A program made the position numbers and the translations under genes. Positions 51,598-54,395 of a DNA stretch of 54,395 nucleotides are shown here, piece after piece. Below the pieces are notes generated by a model. That model did not search any database, was not told the DNA's origin, and saw only the letters and a list, made by a program, of their open reading frames with translations. Positions within the stretch are counted from its first letter, which is position 1. Each line of letters starts with the position of its first letter. Origin of the DNA: a virus; UHGV virus genome UHGV-0107341. One strand, given 5' to 3'.

Positions 51598-52433
51598 TGC
51601 AGCGTTCCTGGTTTAATAACCGGCTTACATCAGCTAAGCAAAAGTCATTGCTCTATAAATCATTGGCTGATTTGGTTCAGTCAATGATGGACACCTTTGT
51701 TGACCCATGGTTGGAGCGAATTACCAACCGGAAGTCTATTTTCTCCATGAGCAAGGAGGATCTGGAGACCAGGACAAATGAACTTGGCCAGTTCTTTACT
51801 ATCAGAACCTCGAACTCATCTTCCGTTCCGATGTTGTTACAACAGCGGCTTGATGAGATCCACTTTAAGGGAACTGAACGTCCTATAAACCAGACAATTT
51901 ACCGCGAATTTAACGGTATTTCTGTTTTATGGGATCCGATATATGCACCGGTGGACCTTGAGCGTCATCCCTATGGCACAGTTCTAATACCAGAAAGCAC
52001 ACTGGAGACTACCGGCGGCACATTCGGCGAGATGTTTCTGACTTCCAGAGGGATGATCAGTATTCCCATAAACGACCTGGCCCGGACAATGGGTATTACT
52101 GGCACGATAGATCAGTCCGCAATTACAGAAGAAATTCTCAGAAAGTTTAATCAGTTCGTAAAGCCTCTACTGCCACTGCATATAGTGTTTGATGGGCTTA
52201 CGCTCTATTTGTCGGTTGTTGTAAATGAACAGGCCGACATGATCACTTTGAACGAGATTTCTGATACCGAAAAAGCATTCTGCTGGTTTGAAACTTCGGA
52301 TACAACTTCGCTTACTGGAGTTACGTCGATTAGCGCCCCGATCACCGCAACGCCTGGTGGCACTATTGTGAAAGCGACACCTACGTTTGATCGCACACGC
52401 GCAGATGATTTGTTGCTGGATAGCGACGCCTGA
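51594..52433 (+). CDS. baseplate/tail protein (gpI-like position), tentative
   Basis: 279 aa, translationally coupled; synteny only. Confidence 0.3.
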   Translation: MMQRSWFNNRLTSAKQKSLLYKSLADLVQSMMDTFVDPWLERITNRKSIFSMSKEDLETRTNELGQFFTIRTSNSSSVPMLLQQRLDEIHFKGTERPINQTIYREFNGISVLWDPIYAPVDLERHPYGTVLIPESTLETTGGTFGEMFLTSRGMISIPINDLARTMGITGTIDQSAITEEILRKFNQFVKPLLPLHIVFDGLTLYLSVVVNEQADMITLNEISDTEKAFCWFETSDTTSLTGVTSISAPITATPGGTIVKATPTFDRTRADDLLLDSDA

Positions 52434-52511
52434 CAATCACCCCGTCCGCAGGGCGGGGTGACAAGTTACTTCTCTTACAATGAGGCTTCACAACATTGAT
52501 TAGGGAAAATC

Positions 52512-52946
52512 ATGTCTGACGTCTCAACAAACCTCTATAAGAGTCAGTTGTTGGACTATTACTATCAGCGGCGCGCTGAATCGTCCATTAACAAAGGCTC
52601 TCGATTTTTAATCAGCAAGGCCGTTTTCGGTACCAGTTCACTGGTTACCAAAAATGAAGATGGTACTTATGACATTGGAGAACTGCCAAAGGCTTTCGAG
52701 TTGGCAGAACTGACCAGTCAATTTTGCACCATAAACCTCGTCCCAACCTACTCTGGCGGGATAATTACTGTCCGAATGGACCTTGATCAAAGCCAGTTGC
52801 AGGAAGGGAAAAACTACCCATTCAACACTCTGGTTGTTCTGGATAACGAGAACAAGCCAATCGCCATTATTTGTGTCCAGGAAGACTCGCTGTATGTGGG
52901 CAAAACATATACCGCAGTTATGGCCATAAACACGACAACAGCATAA
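52512..52946 (+). CDS. hypothetical tail protein
   Basis: ORF track 144 aa between baseplate genes and tail fiber. Confidence 0.35.
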   Translation: MSDVSTNLYKSQLLDYYYQRRAESSINKGSRFLISKAVFGTSSLVTKNEDGTYDIGELPKAFELAELTSQFCTINLVPTYSGGIITVRMDLDQSQLQEGKNYPFNTLVVLDNENKPIAIICVQEDSLYVGKTYTAVMAINTTTA

Positions 52947-52967
52947 GGATATGCTTGATGAATGACG

Positions 52968-54395
52968 TTACAGTTGTTACATCAGTTACTTACCCATCAC
53001 CCGAGTCGTTGGCTCTGGTGGCTGATGTGCAATACCACGAACCATATCTGTCAGCCGCGCTAAACCGAAAATTCAGGGGGATTGTTGACCCGGGATTTTA
53101 TGCCGGTTTCTTACCTAAGCCTGGCGGTGGGATGAACCTGTTAATCACCTCAGTGGATGGTGATAAAACCGCAGGCGCGGCGTCGGTGGATATTGGTGAA
53201 TTCTACCAGGTAACTATTCAGCAACGTACGGATATTTCTCTTGCACTTAGTGCAGGCAAGAAATATGCAATTGTGCTGAAGGGAAGATACCTCCTTGGGG
53301 AAGATACCTATCAGGTGAATACCGCGTCACATATTCATGCGGCTGAATTTGTTGCCAGAACCTATACCGATTCATATCAGTTAGGAGATGGGGAGCTGCT
53401 TGTTTGTACGGTGAATATCCCTGCTGGTGTATCTGCCATTACCCAGGAGATGATTGATACATCCGATCGCATCAACCGCACGATCGGTATTGATATTTCA
53501 GACTCTGTAACCAGTACCAGAAGTGATGTTGCTGCAAGTTCGCTGGCAGTTAAAAAAGCCTACGATCTGGCGAAAAGCAAGTATACGGCGCAGGATGCAA
53601 GCACAACGCAAAAGGGATTAGTTCAGCTCAGTAGCGAAACTAACAGCGACAGCGAAACAATGGCGGCTACCCCTAAAGCCGTTAAGTCTGTAAAAGATCT
53701 TGCTGATACCAAAGCGCCAATAGAAAGCCCGAGTCTGACAGGAACGCCAACCGCGCCGACGGCAGCGCAAGGTACAAACAGCACGCAGATCGCAAATACA
53801 GCCTTTGTTAAGGCAGCTATAACTGCACTTATTAACGGTGCGCCTGGCACACTGGATACGCTGAAAGAAATAGCGGCTGCGATCAATAACGACCCGAATT
53901 ACAGCACAACTATCAACAATGCCTTGGCTCTCAAAGCGCCTTTGGCAAGCCCTGCATTAACGGGTGTCCCTACTGCGCCTACGGCTGCACAGGGCACAAA
54001 CAATACGCAGATTGCTACGACTGCTTACGTACGGGCTGCTATCTCTGCATTGGTCGGATCATCACCTGAAGCTCTTGATACCCTGAATGAGCTTGCAGCA
54101 GCACTGGGCAATGACCCGAACTTTGCGACAACAATGACAAATGCGCTGGCAGGGAAACAGCCACTTGATGCAACTTTAACCGCGCTTGCTGGTCTTGCGA
54201 CAGGCGCAAATAAATTGCCGTACTTTACCGGTACAGACACTGTTTCTCAGACTGACTTAACGTCAGTCGGTCGCGATATTCTGGCCAAAACAAGCGTTCT
54301 TGCTGTTATCCAATACCTTGGTTTAAGAGAACTCGGCACAAGCGGTGAAAAGATCCCCCTGTTGAGCACGGCTAACACATGGAGTGCACGCCAGA
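52968..54395 (+). CDS. tail fiber protein (5' partial; runs off the window)
   Basis: ATG after AAGGAT RBS; open to the window end; tandem fiber repeats (TAPTAAQGTN(S/N)TQIA(N/T)TA(F/Y)V...LDTL.E(I/L)AAA...NDPN(Y/F)). Confidence 0.6.

Overview
This 54.4 kb window reads as one contiguous, gene-dense segment of a P1-like temperate phage-plasmid (myovirus with a plasmid prophage lifestyle), in reverse orientation to the usual P1 map. All calls rest on reading the sequence and the six-frame ORF track and on recalled family knowledge; no database search was run, and coordinates of non-ORF features may be off by 1-2 nt. Left to right: (1) a leftward block of about 24 small accessory genes (83-12278), including a PP-lambda Ser/Thr phosphatase, a HAD phosphatase, a VRR-NUC nuclease, two tandem MptE-like (DUF115) paralogs and two Ead/Ea22-like paralogs; (2) a rightward six-gene tail/baseplate-like module (12425-17176) ending in a gp5/gpV-type spike; (3) a leftward DnaB-family helicase (ban-like), an SPFH lipoprotein pair, and three tRNAs (Ile-CAU, Thr-UGU, Asn-GUU) embedded in an array of five related hairpin repeats; (4) a fused C5-cytosine/N6-adenine methyltransferase and RdgC; (5) the plasmid maintenance region: oriR (DnaA box, five GATC sites, five 21-bp iterons), repA, a downstream iteron cluster, a T5orf172-domain gene, parA, parB and a P1-type parS; (6) virion genes (large structural protein, tail sheath, tube-like proteins); (7) a hok/mok type I toxin locus; (8) an immI-like leftward operon (c4 region, icd, ant, kilA, repL); (9) an AT-rich islet of three secreted proteins; (10) a 1130-aa tape-measure/transglycosylase (Sit-like), baseplate genes and a partial tail fiber. 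A 17-bp motif matching the P1 C1-repressor operator consensus recurs at least nine times. No CRISPR array, integrase, transposase or rRNA was seen. The most unusual items are the hairpin-repeat array around the tRNAs, the T5orf172 gene between the iterons and parA, the AT-rich secreted-protein islet, a PAAR-like gene in the plasmid-maintenance region, and the MptE-like gene pair.
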